Shown one piece after another: positions 11,076-23,878 of a stretch of 64,000 nucleotides of DNA. Positions within the stretch are counted from its first letter, which is position 1. Every line of letters begins with the position of its first letter. A program made the translations under genes and the position numbers. The stretch is taken from NCBI RefSeq assembly GCF_001194135.2, contig NC_068984.1, positions 45,278,197 to 45,342,196 of the forward strand, written 5' to 3'. The DNA is from Octopus bimaculoides. Taxonomy: Eukaryota. The notes under the pieces are model-generated. The model was not told the origin of the DNA, did no database searches, and saw nothing but the letters and a program-made list of their open reading frames with translations.

Positions 11076-12087
11076 TAGTCCAAATTCATAGCATTGGCCT
11101 CGTATCGCTGAGTTATTTTTCTTATTTCTCTTATATGCAATCATGCAAATTAACTTGATTTGTCCTTCGCCCACAGAGTTATTTCTTTTAACTCTTCTTA
11201 TTTTTAATCATGCAAATTATCTTTGGCCAAAAATATACCTTATTCGTTTTCTATATGCAAAAATTCGGTATCTGATCTGCTATACTGACGAAGTCTAACA
11301 GACCTTATCATATATATACATATGCCTACAACAAATATCAGATTCTCCGAGCATGTAAACTAATTTGAGAAATATATTTTTAGTTTCTTTAAATTACTTT
11401 CTCTTCAGCTTGAGAGACGCTAACAATTGCTTGTTTTCCGTCTCTAAGACAAACAAAAGAAGATGAAGAAGTTATGTACGACATTCAGATCGCCTTTAAC
11501 GTGAATTATTCAAGTTCATGCCATTGGCCACTTGAATTATTTCCCTTGACTCTTTTTATTTCGAATTATGTAGCATACTCCAAGCTAAAAAAATACCTGT
11601 TAATTTTTGGATATGGAAAAATTGCATTTCTGATCAGTAGCCAACTTGAGATTATTTTTGTGAGAATTATCCAACGGAGAATAAATGTTTTGCCCTCTAG
11701 CGCTGTGTTGTCTTATTTAATTTTGTATTGTGTGGTGCATTACAATTGTCCTATTTTGTAAGTGTGATTACAAATCCGATGTTATTTATAAATTCAATAC
11801 AAACTTGAAGGTTGTGAACTTCAAGACTTTTACTGCTTAATTTGCCAGACAAGTACGATGATCCACTGTCAGTCACCAAAACCTAGATAACAAAACACGA
11901 GAGAGTAACCCGTGTATTCACATCAGAATTCGCTAGTAAAATAGATGATTAATGATGAAAGCATGGATGATTAATGATGATTAATTATGAAAGCATAGAG
12001 GATAAATGATGATTAATTGTGAAAACAATCGCCATAGCAGAACATAATAAATCCACTGACAATATTCACCTGTCACAAAAATAGGCA

Positions 12088-12720
12088 ATACTAGTTAGAA
12101 GTTTGCTTCCCAGCTACATGGTCCTGCGTTCAGTTTCACTGCATGGCACCTTGAGCAAGTGTCTTCTACTATAGCCCCCTGCCGACCAAAGCCTTATGAG
12201 TGAATTTGGTAGACAGAAACTGAAAGGCGGCGAGCTGGCAGAAACGTTAGCACGCCGGGCGAAATGCTTAGCGGTATTTCGTCTGCCGCTGCGTTCTGAG
12301 TTCAAATTCCGCCGGGGTCAACTTTGCCTGTCATCCTTTCGGGGTCGATTAAATAAGTACCAATTAAGCACTGGGGTCGATATAATCGACTTAATCCGTT
12401 TGTCTGTCCTTGTTTGTCCCCTCTGTGTGTAGCCCCTTGTAGGCAGTAAAGAAATAAGAAATTGAAAGACGTCTGTCGTATGTACAAACATGCATATATA
12501 TTCACGTGTATAGTTATGTCTGTGTGGTTTTGTGCTTGTTTTCCACAGCTTGTCAACCAGTGCTGGTTTATTTACGTCCCCATAGCGGCTCGGCAAAAAG
12601 GACGGATAGAATAAGCTTAGGAGAAATGATAAGTACTGGAATTTTTTTTTTTTATACTTAAGCCTTTGAAGTGGTCTCCCACCATGGCAACAGTGTAATG
12701 ACTCAAAGAAAAGATAAAAG
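12088..12720 (+). mobile_element. SINE family B interrupted by a nested family A copy
   Basis: B 5' part 12088-12226 (GGCACCTTGAGCAAGTGTCTTCTACTATAGCC...GGTAGACAGAAACTGAAAG) resumes at 12469 (ACGTCTGTCGTA...). Confidence 0.8.
12227..12456 (+). mobile_element. SINE family A, young (tail ...GTAGCCCCTTGTAGGCAGTAAAGAAATA)
   Basis: Closely matches 20004-20236. TSD AGAAACTGAAAG / AGAAATTGAAAG at 12215-26 and 12457-68. Confidence 0.9.
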
Positions 12721-13405
12721 GTTTATATGGGGAGAGAATCCCCATTGTTCAATGATGAGAATTTAGCTGTTCGATCAACTGAATCTTATACTCCTGAATC
12801 AACGAGCATTTCATAGATACGGACCAGTGATCAGCTGTTTGACAAGGCAATACTTTTTTGAATTACTGCTACAATGCACTTGATAGGCATCTATACAGCT
12901 TCTGTCTATCAAATTTTGTAGAAATTAACACTTGCCAAAGATGATACACAGTAGAATCGATTCTAGAACCTTGGGGCTGCAAAGCGAAATTCTTGACTAT
13001 TCGGTTATAAATACACAAGCACGCACACACACGCGCACACGCACACACACACACAAACTCACACACACATACGCGCACATACCCATACGCATATATGTGT
13101 GTGTATGTCTGTATATGTAAATGTACACACACACACACACGCATATATATCCATACGTACATATATACGTATATGTACGTGTGTGTGCGTGTATGCATGT
13201 GTGTGTGTGTGTGTGTGTGTAGCTTCTGAAAATGCTTGCGGTATTTATTCCGGCTCTACATTCTGAGTTCAAATCCCGCCAAATTCAACCTTACCCTTTA
13301 TTCATCCGGGGTCGATAAACTTAAAGTGCCAGTAAAGTACTGAGATGGATGTTATCGACTAGCCGCTACCCTCAATATTGCTAGCATTGTGCCTCAGTCA
13401 GAAGC

Positions 13406-13462
<57 letters not shown>

Positions 13463-13943
13463 GCAGAATCGTTTGTGAGTCGGACAAAATGATTAGCAGT
13501 ATTTCTTTAAGTTCTGGGGATCGATGTGATCAGCTAACCCTTTCCCCGTAAAGAAAAATTGCTGGTTTTATGCNNNNNNNNNNNNNNNNNNNNNNNNNNN
13601 NNNNNNNNNNNNNNNNNNNNNNNNNNNNNNNNNNNNNNNNNNNNNNNNNNNNNNNNNNNNNNNNNNNNNNNNNNNNNNNNNNNNNNNNNNNNNNNNNNNN
13701 NNNNNNNNNNNNNNNNNNNNNNNNNNNNNNNNNNNNNNNNNNNNNNNNNNNNNNNNNNNNNNNNNNNNNNNNNNNNNNNNNNNNNNNNNNNNNNNNNNNN
13801 NNNNNNNNNNNNNNNNNNNNNNNNNNNNNNNNNNNNNNNNNNNNNNNNNNNNNNNNNNNNNNNNNNNNNNNNNNNNNNNNNNNNNNNNNNNNNNNNNNNN
13901 NNNNNNNNNNNNNNNNNNNNNNNNNNNNNNNATGCATATATAC

Positions 13944-14000
<57 letters not shown>

Positions 14001-14871
14001 CATGTATTTTAAATACATATTCATACATAGTCACACAAGACACGCTATACACATAGACAAAAATTAAAAGTATATATTTTCACAAACACACACACGCACA
14101 CGCATTTGTATGTATGTATGTATATACGTGTATAATCTTGATAATATGGATTGAAACACAGGCGGATGGCTGCAGATTAAACGGATGCTGTCTTACTATC
14201 GACAACATTATAGGAAGAGCAAGAATGGAGATTTTTGTCATTCCTTTACCGCTTACCCCTACTACTCCGATCTCCATCCCTCCTGTTCCATATCTTCCAC
14301 CCTATCCAAGTAGAGTCCTATTTTGATTGCTTTGTTGACCCTTGCAAACCAGATTGACTGCTTGTCACTGCGAATCTGGTTTACTGCTTTTTAACAAAAT
14401 TTCTGTTTGAGAGGTTTCTAATGGAAAGAAGAGAGATGAGCGAGATAACACCGAATCAGCAATATAACAAACAGCAAACAACAGCAATCGGCAACTAAAG
14501 TCTGAATCTCCTTCAAACCACAACCAACTATCGGAAGAAAAGACAATGCAGCCTACCAGATGAAAAAGGGAATAGCACGTTGATAATGTTTTCTTGGGTG
14601 CATTGCATGAAAGTAATATGGGGATGTCGTGTTCGGAACGCTTTGATCATAGCTCTACTAAGTAGTCGGCGTTAGCGTACTTAATGAATCTCCAAGTAAT
14701 AATTCACGAGGAAAGCAAGATGACAAAAAGCGTAGGAAGATGTAAATAGAGTATTAGCATACACTATATGTGTGTAGGGACGTATATGTGAACATGTGTG
14801 ATTGTATGTATGTGTTCTGGGCAATAGACAAAGATACAGTGTGTTGTGCTTATATGGTATGGAAGGATATA

Positions 14872-15848
14872 CCTCCACTTATGGTGAATCTAAACCTCCA
14901 TTTAAAGTAGGTCGATACCTCCACCTATGATGGGATTGAACCTCCACTTATGAATGGGTCCGACCTTCCACTTATGGTGGGTCTGAACCTCTGCTTACGG
15001 TTGGTCTAAACTTCCACTTATGATTGGTCTACACCTCCACTTATGGTGGTTTGACCCTCCACTTATGGTGGGCCTAGACCTCCACTTATTGTGGGTTTGA
15101 ACTTCCATTTATGGTTGGTGTAAACCTCCACTTATGGTTGATCTACATTTCTACTTATGGTTGATCAGAACCTCTGCTTATGGTTGGTCTGACCTTCCAC
15201 TTACGGTGGGTCTGACTGTCTACTTATGGTTGTTTCTGAACCCCCACTTATGGTTGATCTGACCCTCCACTTATGATAGGTCTAAACCTCCACTTATGGT
15301 TGGTCTACACCTCCACTTATTTTTGGTCCACAGCTCCACTTACGGTGGATCTGACCCTCCACTTATGGTTGGTCTAAACCTCCACTTATGGTTGGTCTCC
15401 ACCTCTACTTATGGTTGGTCTACATCTCTACTTATTTTTGGTCTACATCTCCACTTATGGTTGGTCTCAATCCCCACTTACCGTTGGTCTAAACTATTGC
15501 TCTGCAACCTTTTTTCACTTGCGGTACATTGTATTCTTTCCAAAATTCGGTGGCACACCTGAACTAAAAACATAGTTAAAAGTATAGGGGAAAAAATTTA
15601 TATTCAGGTTACACTGCAGCACACCTAGCATCGCCTCATGGCTCACCAGTGTGCAGTGACATGCCAGTTGCGGAGCACTGGTTTAAATCTCCACTTATGG
15701 TTGGTCTAAGCCTCCACTTAAGGTGGGTCTGAACTACCTCTTATAGTGGGTCTGTACCTCCACTTGCAGTAGGTGTGAACCTCCACTAATGGCAGATCTG
15801 CACCGACTCTTATGATAGGTCTGAACCTCTACATATGGTGTGTGTGAA
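14872..15848. repeat. 23-bp minisatellite (consensus CCTCCACTTATGGTTGGTCTAAA), about 27 + 7 units, split by a hAT MITE
   Basis: Diverged tandem units, no spacers; CCACTTA core conserved in most units. Confidence 0.9.
15495..15680. mobile_element. hAT (Charlie-like) MITE, 186 bp
   Basis: Termini TATTGCTCTGCAAC / GTTGCGGAGCACTG (consensus CAGTGCTCCGCAAC), subterminal GGCACAC motifs, 8-bp TSD GTCTAAAC / GTTTAAAT. Confidence 0.75.
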
Positions 15849-16478
15849 ATCTTATCATAATAAATATGAACTTGCTTCAACTACTTACCTTTACCAAACT
15901 AGTCTAACAACAGACACATTAACATTCATTTTCAACTAAATCTCAACGGTGTAACCAAAGAAGTTAGAAATTTGTTGACTCGGGGGTACAGTATACGGTG
16001 GCGGAGGAAATGATAGAACCTAGAAACTCGCCGTAGAGGGCACAGCTCGTATTCGTACATAGTGAAAATCGATTAAAGCGCTTAGCAATCGTCGATTTTC
16101 AAACACTAAATCTCTTCTGTCGACGCCTAATATTATTTACCACGTATACATGTAGTCAATAGTTTCATTTAATATTGAATATTCAGTACAATTCACTTAC
16201 GCAGCGTTTAATTGACTTTATACAGCTTATTATTTGAGTCTCTAAAATAATCGCTTGTAACATTTCAATTCGGTGCAGTCCATTGATAGTTTATTAGAGA
16301 ATAGTTTCCTGAGAAGAAAGCTTGGAAAATGTATTCAGTGTGGGATCTGAGAAGGAAGATGAAAAAAAAAAGGCCTTAGGAATGGGATGGGGAGGAGAAA
16401 AACATATGTGCAGGGTCTACCTGAATATAACTAGCTCAGAACAGCAGATGACGTTTCAACAGTGATAATAGAAGCAGA

Positions 16479-16860
16479 GTGGAGGCGCAATGGCCCAGTG
16501 GTTGGGGCAGCTGACTCGTGGTCATAGGATCGCGGTTTCGATTCCGGGCGTTGTGAGTGTTTATTGAGCGAAAACACCTAAAGCTCCACGAGGCTCCGGC
16601 AGGGGATGGTGGCGAACCCTGCTGTACTCTTCCATCACAACTTTCTCTCACTCTTAATTCCTGTTTCTGTTGCACCTGTATTTCAAAGGGGCCAGCCTTG
16701 TCACACTGTGTCACGCTGAATATCCCCGAGAACTACGTTAAGGGTACACGTGTCTGTGGAGTGCTCAGCCACTTGCACGTTAATTTCACGAGCAGGCTGT
16801 TCCGTTGATCGGATCAACTGGAACCCTCGACGTCGTAAGCGACGGAGTGCTTACAACAAC
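16479..16860 (+). mobile_element. tRNA-derived SINE family C, young copy 1
   Basis: Head GTGGAGGCGCAATGGCCCAGTGGTT...GGTTTCGATTCC, 3' stem-loops, (CAA)n tail. TSD AATAGAAGCAGA at 16467-78 and 16861-72. Confidence 0.9.
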
Positions 16861-16867
16861 AATAGAA

Positions 16868-16906
<39 letters not shown>

Positions 16907-18712
16907 CAGAGAGACAGACAGACAGAGACAAAGAGAGCGTGTGTGAGAGAGTATGTGTGGGGGAAGAAAGAGAGAAGAAACTGAGAGTCTGTGAATCAAA
17001 CATACGCACACACAAACATACTCGCATACAGTAGTCGTATATAAGACAGATGGGTTGATCGAATCGTTAGTGCGTCGGACAAATGTTGTGTAGTGTTGTT
17101 CTGGCTCTTTAAGTTCTGAATTCAAATCGCTTCAACTTTTCTGTGTCTTCCTTCCAAGGTCGATGAAATAAAATACCAGTCATATACTACTAGGCTCTAT
17201 GTGATGAGCTAACCCCATGCCCTGAAATTTCAGGCCTAAGGCTTATATCAGAATTCTTTTTTTTTTTTCCTTTTTTACACGGTCTATGTAAATCTCTCGA
17301 TATATTTATATCTTTGTCATTTTCTACTATCTTTGTTTTCTTTGAGTCTTTATGGCTAATAAAAGAATCATCATCAGCATATTCAACATCGTCGTCGTTG
17401 TTGTTGTTACTGCTGCTGCTGCTGCTGCTGCCACTGCCTCCATTACCATTATGATTGAAAACAGCGGTTGATGTGTTGCTTAGCTCAGCGCAGCCATATT
17501 CGAGAAGCTCAACGATCGAAAATTTTTCAGCTCTTATCCCATGTTTTCTTTCCGGACACAGTATATCAAGGGGCACATTATCTGATCTGTTTTGCCGTTA
17601 AAGATTGGCTCAGATCGGGAGTAGTCCAGCTTTGACCGATCTCATCGTTTTTCACTGCCTTTTGATCTTTCGTAAGGCGTCTGCGGTTTCTAACTAACAA
17701 GTTAACTTTTAACTTATGTAACATTGTGAGTCCTAGTGTGTGTTTTTGTTGTTTTTTTTAACAAGTTTGTGTTTGTTCATATTTATTTTTGTCGTACCTA
17801 GTGCTCTTGGTACTATTTAACTTTCGAACCCGTCATGCATGTACTTCGGCAGCTTCTCCGCCTACTTCCGAACATGCATTTTATTTTTTCCTTAAACATT
17901 ATGGAAAGAAAATTTGAAATTTTTTTACCTTTTTTTTTTTCTTGTTACCCAAAACATTTTCCTTCACTTGTTTCTAAAAAAAATTTTCTAATTTCATTAT
18001 TGCTATTTTGTACGAGTCTTCTATTTGCACCAAAACAGAATTCTTCTTATGTGCTGGATAGGTATATATTATCTATATCAGTTTGTGAGGTGGAGGGTTC
18101 GGAACTCTGCTAGTAATTTCCTGGGGTGGTATTCTGCCTAAGATCTTCAGTTCGCTTAAATTCCAGTTTATTATGTTGAAGTTTTATCTTTTACTATCTA
18201 TCTGCTGTTCTGTAATGCTCTTTTCTAATTTTATTCTGTGTTGTAACTTTACAGTTTATCATTGTTTGGGCAACGTATCTACCATTCTCACCTTCGCCAA
18301 ATTGTCTACCCATGTGCGATGGAATTCAATAGTATAATTCCAGTACTACACCCTTTGCACAAAGCACATCCTCAGCACCCAACAGAACAACGCAAAACAC
18401 AACGCATTATATAGAATTACCACCAAACAATATAAGAAAGCATCTACTTTACACAATCAACACCAAATGAAAAATGCAACGCATACCATTCCATAATCAG
18501 CATCCGACACTATATCAACTATTCCAATGAATTACATTCTGCAATTAGTGCAGCTGGATAGATGCTCCGCTCCGGGCGGTGCTTATATGGGAGTGGCACT
18601 TTTGTGTCTACTGTCTAAGCTTGTGTTGGCTTAGAGTCCCGGAGAACAGCAAACTCAGGGGCTGTCCTTGGGTGGTACGTCACTACATATAGCACAAACG
18701 GCACAGGTATTT

Positions 18713-18892
18713 GTAGAGGCTCGTGGCTTAGCGGTGAGGGAGCTGCATTCATAACCGTAAGGTTGTAGTTTCGTATTCTGGACCGGGTGATGCATTGTGT
18801 TCTTAAGTAAAACACTTCATTCCACGTTGCACCAATTCACTCAGTTGGCAAAAATGAGTAATCCTGCGGTAGACCGGCGTCCCATCCAGGAA
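18713..18892 (+). mobile_element. Old tRNA-derived SINE family D (related copy at about 53483-53670)
   Basis: tRNA-like head (GTGGCTTAGCGGT...GTTTCGTATTC), then TTAAGTAAAACACTTCATTCCACGTTGC...AAATGAGTAATCCTGCGGTAGACCGGCGTCCCATCCAGG. Confidence 0.55.
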
Positions 18893-19249
18893 TTCGGATA
18901 TATGCACCACAGAATCCAGAAAATCTTATATCTATGACTCGGGAATAACACAGGCATATCAACACCCGACACCCGATACCGAAACTCGTAACACCAACCA
19001 CACTGCATATACGGAATACAAACACCACCCAGCAAAACCACACAAATCCCATTGCGCATACTCTACACAACAGATGAGACGCTAAAATAAAACCAGAAAA
19101 AGGAAACCAAATCACACAATAGAGCAAATCTGTTGTAGAATACAAACACATTTCTACATCCGTAAACGACAATGTTGCACACACCTCAAGATAACAGAAG
19201 TGCACTTACTGATGCAAAAGAAGCTAACATAAAACTATTAAAAGATAAT

Positions 19250-19760
19250 GATAAATAGAGGGAAACTAACTACTCTTCGCGGTTAAAGGAAGGAGGTGAT
19301 TTTCAGACTGGAATCAGTTGATACCTAGATTAGTCTTACTTGCAACAACTGTTCGACAAAGCTCCGCGAGTCAGTAACGTTCGGAATGTGCAGAACTGAT
19401 TCGCCGTTCCATGTAAATCTTAAACAGTCTCGATTTGATGTTACATCCGTTCCATATGGCTTGTCTTGGTAGTAGCACTATCAAGACTGGGTCTTCTGCA
19501 AATTATGCATAGTGTCCAAATTGAACGTCCTCCAAAACAGACCAACCAGACGATTTTTGTCTAAGTTCAGGGATTCTTCGAAAACGCCATCGCTCTTCTT
19601 TACTACTAGTCCCCCGAAAGAATGCTTACGTGGAAGCTTCTCTGACCATATTGGTGAAATGATAGAAGGTTGTGAGTATTCCAGGTTCTCAAGCTTTCAA
19701 TTTTGTCAGCGCTTAAACCAACAATACAGCTCTATCCGAGAAGCAGCCTCATAATTGTTG
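19250..19760 (-). pseudogene. Possible heavily decayed RTE-like LINE 3' coding fragment
   Basis: Weak minus-strand motifs (SFHQ..QR; QFGHYA.FAEDP) resembling RTE C-terminal FHQRCLR and FGHVAR..DP. Confidence 0.3.
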
Positions 19761-20003
19761 CTAAAAGTCCAAGGCCTGAAATCTGTGGGGGGAGTGCTAG
19801 TCGACCTCAGTATTTGATTGATACTTTATTTATCGATGCCGGAAGAGTGAAAGATAAAGTTGATCTTGGCAGGATTTCAATTCAAACTAATAAAGGACCG
19901 ACATACAACAAAATATTTTTTCCGACGTCTCTAGGTTACCACCGCCCTTGGTAACGAACTGCTAACATAAATGGTAACATTAGGTAATAAAATGGAAATA
20001 TAA

Positions 20004-20465
20004 GGCGGTGAACTGGCAGAAACGTTAGCACGCCGGGCGAAATGCTTAGCGGTATTTCGTCTGCCGCTACGTTCTGAGTTCAAATTCCACCGAGGTCGAC
20101 TTTGCTTTTCATCCTTTCGGGGTCGATTGAATAAGTACCAGTTACGCACTGGGGTCGATATAATCGACTTAATCCGCTTGTCTGTCCTTGTTTGTCTCCT
20201 TTGTGTGTAGCCCCTTGTGGGCAGTAAAGAAATCAGAAATGGTAATATTATTGCGTAAGGCGGCGAACTGGTACAATCATTTGCACGGCGGGCAAAATGC
20301 ATTTCGTCCGTCTTTACGTTCAAAGATCAAATCCCACCGAGGGTTGACTTCGTCTTTCATCCTTTCGGGGGTCGATAAAATATATACCAGTTGAGTACTG
20401 GAGTCGATGTGATCGACTTATCCCCTCTCCCGAAATTGCTGGCCTTGAGTCAAAATGTGAAACCA
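20004..20465 (+). mobile_element. Two adjacent SINE family A copies (young 20004-20236; older 20259-20465, different tail)
   Basis: Young copy has TSD AAATGGAAATAT / AAATGGTAATAT; older copy ends GGCCTTGAGTCAAAATGTGAAACC. Confidence 0.85.
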
Positions 20466-20769
20466 ATAACAATATAATTGGGTACCTGTACGCGGAAGAA
20501 TGAAAATAGCCTGTATGTAATGTAGCTATGTTATGGGTAGAACAAGTCACATAGCTACTTAACTGCGTGTCTATCTATCTATCCATTTACCTATCTATCT
20601 ATCTATTTATCTATCTATCTATTTACCTATCTATCTATCTGTCCCTAAGCCTAAACCATCCAGCCACCCTACTTAAAAACACAACCTCACTCCTCTCCTC
20701 TGACGATATCCTTTAAATCACACAGCGAAAAATAAATTAGATGTGACCTGATAAATCTCGAAGCCAAAT

Positions 20770-21170
20770 GACGTAATTTCCAACATAGCTTGTCTCATTG
20801 TTTGTTACTCTCGTTCTTATTCTTATTATTATTATCGCCGTCGTTGCTTTTTGTTGTCGTCTGTCTTGCAAGTGAGCGACGACGGTCGTCTTAACAGCGA
20901 CGGTGACGGAGGCGTAAATACCAGCTGGTGTTGGTAGTGGTGGTGTTGGTGATGGTAGGGGTGGCAGAGGTATGGTAGTGGTGGTGGTGATAACGTGGTA
21001 ACAATAGTGATAGAGGAAGCGGTTGTTACTAACAGTGGTGGTGGCTGTAATACTCGTTGTGGTGGTAATGGTGAGAGTGACAATGGGTAATAATAATAAT
21101 AGTGGTGGTGGTGGTGGTGGTGGCGGCGGTTGAGGTGGTGATAGTAAAGGCGGTTGTGATAGCAATATAG
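20770..21170. repeat. Cryptic triplet low-complexity tract (CGT/GGT/GTT)
   Basis: Degenerate triplets that give poly-P/T ORFs on the minus strand. Confidence 0.8.
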
Positions 21171-21180
21171 TTGTTACTGT

Positions 21181-21690
21181 TATGGATCAAACAGCCCTAT
21201 AATCTAAAGACGTTCCAAGCATGACCAACCCGCTTATTATACCCAACCGTCTTTGGACGGTGAGACTTGACTGCTATTTCTAGCAAGTTGAGCGACCATA
21301 TAGCCGTCTACTTTGATGCTTCCCATGTTAGTGGTGAAGTCGTTTAGCCCTAGTCGATTCTCACCAAGCAGACTTATGATCAAAAGCATTCCAGCCGTGT
21401 CCACCCCACCTCTTTTTATGTCCTACTTTGTTTAATGCGTTCTTCCTTTTTTTAAAAAAGAAACAGCATGAAGTTATTTGAAAGAACGTGCCTGCTAGTT
21501 CCAGGGGTTGGACGACCACATCATATAACTTTTTAACCCAAGGTCAACCATGGTCGAGCAAACTTATGATCAAAGACATTCCTGCAATAACTGTTTCCCG
21601 TGTATCCTTCCTTATTTAAGACGGTAGGGCATGGTTTTAGGGTAAATCGGCTGCTATTTTTAGCAGGTCGAACAACTTACATAGGAGCTT
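21181..21690 (+). repeat. Three decayed tandem copies of an unclassified repeat (family E)
   Basis: Recurring TTATGATCAAA.GC(A/G)TTCC..C.TGACC and GCTGCTATTTCTAGCA(A/G)GT; related pieces at about 14640 (-), 53750 (+) and 61000-61140 (-). Confidence 0.5.
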
Positions 21691-21949
21691 TCCTATAATT
21701 CTGGTGATTATTGTCGATGTTGATGGTACTGTTGTTGTTGTTGCTGTTGTTGTTGTTGAGGAGGAGGAGGAGNNNNNNNNNNNNNNNNNNNNNNNNNNNN
21801 NNNNAGAAGAAGAAGAAGAAGAGGGTTTCCGTCTTCCGGTCATCTCTCATTAAACAGAGCTATGCTCAAAGTTTTTAACCATCATCATCCTCATTTCGTT
21901 GTCAGGAATAGTGTATCTAAGAGTAATTTATTCAATGTGCATTTATTAT

Positions 21950-22370
21950 TTCGTCTTTCTTTACGTTCAGTTCAAATGCTGTCGAGGTCGACTTTACCTT
22001 TCATCGTTTCGGAGATCGATAAAATAAGCGTTAATTGAACATTGGGGGTCGATGTAATCGACTCTACGCCTTCCTTGAAATTCCTGGCCTTGTGTCAAAA
22101 ATTTGAAATCATTGTTATTGTTGTTGTTGTTGTTGTTGTTGTAAAAGGCGGCGAGCTGGCAGAATCGTTAGCACGTCGGGCGAAATGCTTAATGGCTTTT
22201 CGTGTGCCGCTACGTTCCGAGTTCAAATTCCGCTGAGGTCGACTTTGCCCTTCATCCTTTCGGGGAAGATAAATTAAGGACCAGTCAACTACTGGGATCG
22301 ACGTAATTGACTATCCCCCTCCCCACAAATTCCAGGCTTTATGCCTTTAGTAGAAAGGATTATTCTTCTT
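21950..22370 (+). mobile_element. Two tandem SINE family A copies separated by (TTG)n
   Basis: Partial older copy 21950-22110, then a full head from 22146. Confidence 0.8.
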
Positions 22371-23878
22371 CTTATTATTATTATTGTTGTTGTTGTTGCT
22401 GTTAGCTAAGATGATAGGGAGTGACGACTTGAGTGATATTTAGCTGATGTTTCTAACAACGGGAACAATCACATGGAACAGTGAGTAGATTCTGGCTCCC
22501 TGATATTGTGCCGCGGCACTGTAATTTGTTCTTTGTGTAATTTAATTACAATATGAAAATAAGATTATATTTGTAAAACGTGACAAATACTAACTGAAAT
22601 CAAGATATAATTAAGTTTTCATAGGAATGTTTGACTTAATGCATATTAACAAATAAGGTTTTAATTTTCTTTTGTTTAAGATAGTTATAACTATAATCCC
22701 TACCAACAGTTTTTTGGAGGTATTTTAATATATTTTAATTTATAGCTCAGTATCACTAAAATATTTTTATTTGCTTTAAAGTGTGTTGTAAGTAGGAAAA
22801 AAAAAAAGTTTCAGAACGACCAGCACACTAGCATTGCGTCTTTCTCGTTGGAGTGTCGTGACAGTTGTGTGTCGATGTATGGTGGTTACTGTTTATTTTG
22901 GTTTACTTAACCGTCAATATGTCGTTTGGATTGCATCATCGTAAAGTAATTCACCTCGGCTGTTTTTTCAGTCGTATTACGTTTTCATTCGTAAGCTGTT
23001 GTTTGTTGCCTTCAAAAGTTCATGGAGTGACAGGAGAAGGGGGGGGCTAAGAGGAAGGAAAAAAGGAGGGGAGAGAGGAAGGATAAAGAAAATAGGGAGT
23101 AAGTTCTTCAGCAGTTGTGGCAGTGGTGGTGGTGGTGGTGGTGGTGGTGGTGAGGAAGATGGTGGTGGCAGTTGAGTCTTGAGAATAGCGAATGACTTGT
23201 ACATATGCATGTGTGTTGTATCTATGTATGTGCGTGTGGCCATGTGCGTGCGTGCGTATGTAAGTATATGTGTGTGTGTGTATGTGTGTGTGTGTGTGTG
23301 TGCGTGTACGCGCGCGCGAGTATGTGTTTGTGCATTGTTGTTTAATTCCCTCCTAATAATATACATACCAGATCAACTCTGATAGTGCAAAATTTGTCTA
23401 CATATTTATATGCACGTGCATGTGTAAGCGTATGTGTGTCTGTGTGCGTGCGTGTGTGTGTTTTATGTGCGTGTGCGTGTATATATATATATATGTGTGT
23501 TTGTACGTGTGTTTATGAACGCATGCACGTGTATAAGTTTTTAGTGGCCTTGAACGTTGTTGTGCATGTGTGGAGGATGTTTTAGCACAAGGATATAAAT
23601 ACGTTCGATAACACGAGGAAAGACAAACATATTAGGATGTACAATAATATATAAACACATTTACAAATGCAGTGACGAAATGTAAACAATATAAAGTTAC
23701 ATAATGCAAATCATCACAAATGTACAGGCGTCCATACGGGGATACGTAGCGTTAACGATTACGCCGCAGAGCACTTACAGTCTCTTGTTTTCGATATATA
23801 CTGACCGACTTTATTATTCATAAGACATGTTTTTCTACACCGGCTCAATAAACGAGTAGTCATAGAAACATATACATA

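Noticed and set aside
14872-15848. CRISPR-like appearance of the 23-bp array
   Set aside because: Units are contiguous with no unique spacers, there are no cas genes, and the context is eukaryotic.
16479-16560. SINE heads as genuine tRNA genes
   Set aside because: They lack a complete cloverleaf and continue into SINE bodies with TSDs.
17190-17576. 128-aa minus ORF
   Set aside because: Mostly triplet microsatellites plus a SINE A remnant; no recognisable domain or splice support.
22930-22938. Perfect ATF4/CHOP element ATTGCATCA, plus TGATGCAA at 55089
   Set aside because: TTGCATCA occurs several times in the window, including inside TEs; a lone distal hit is not distinguishable from background.
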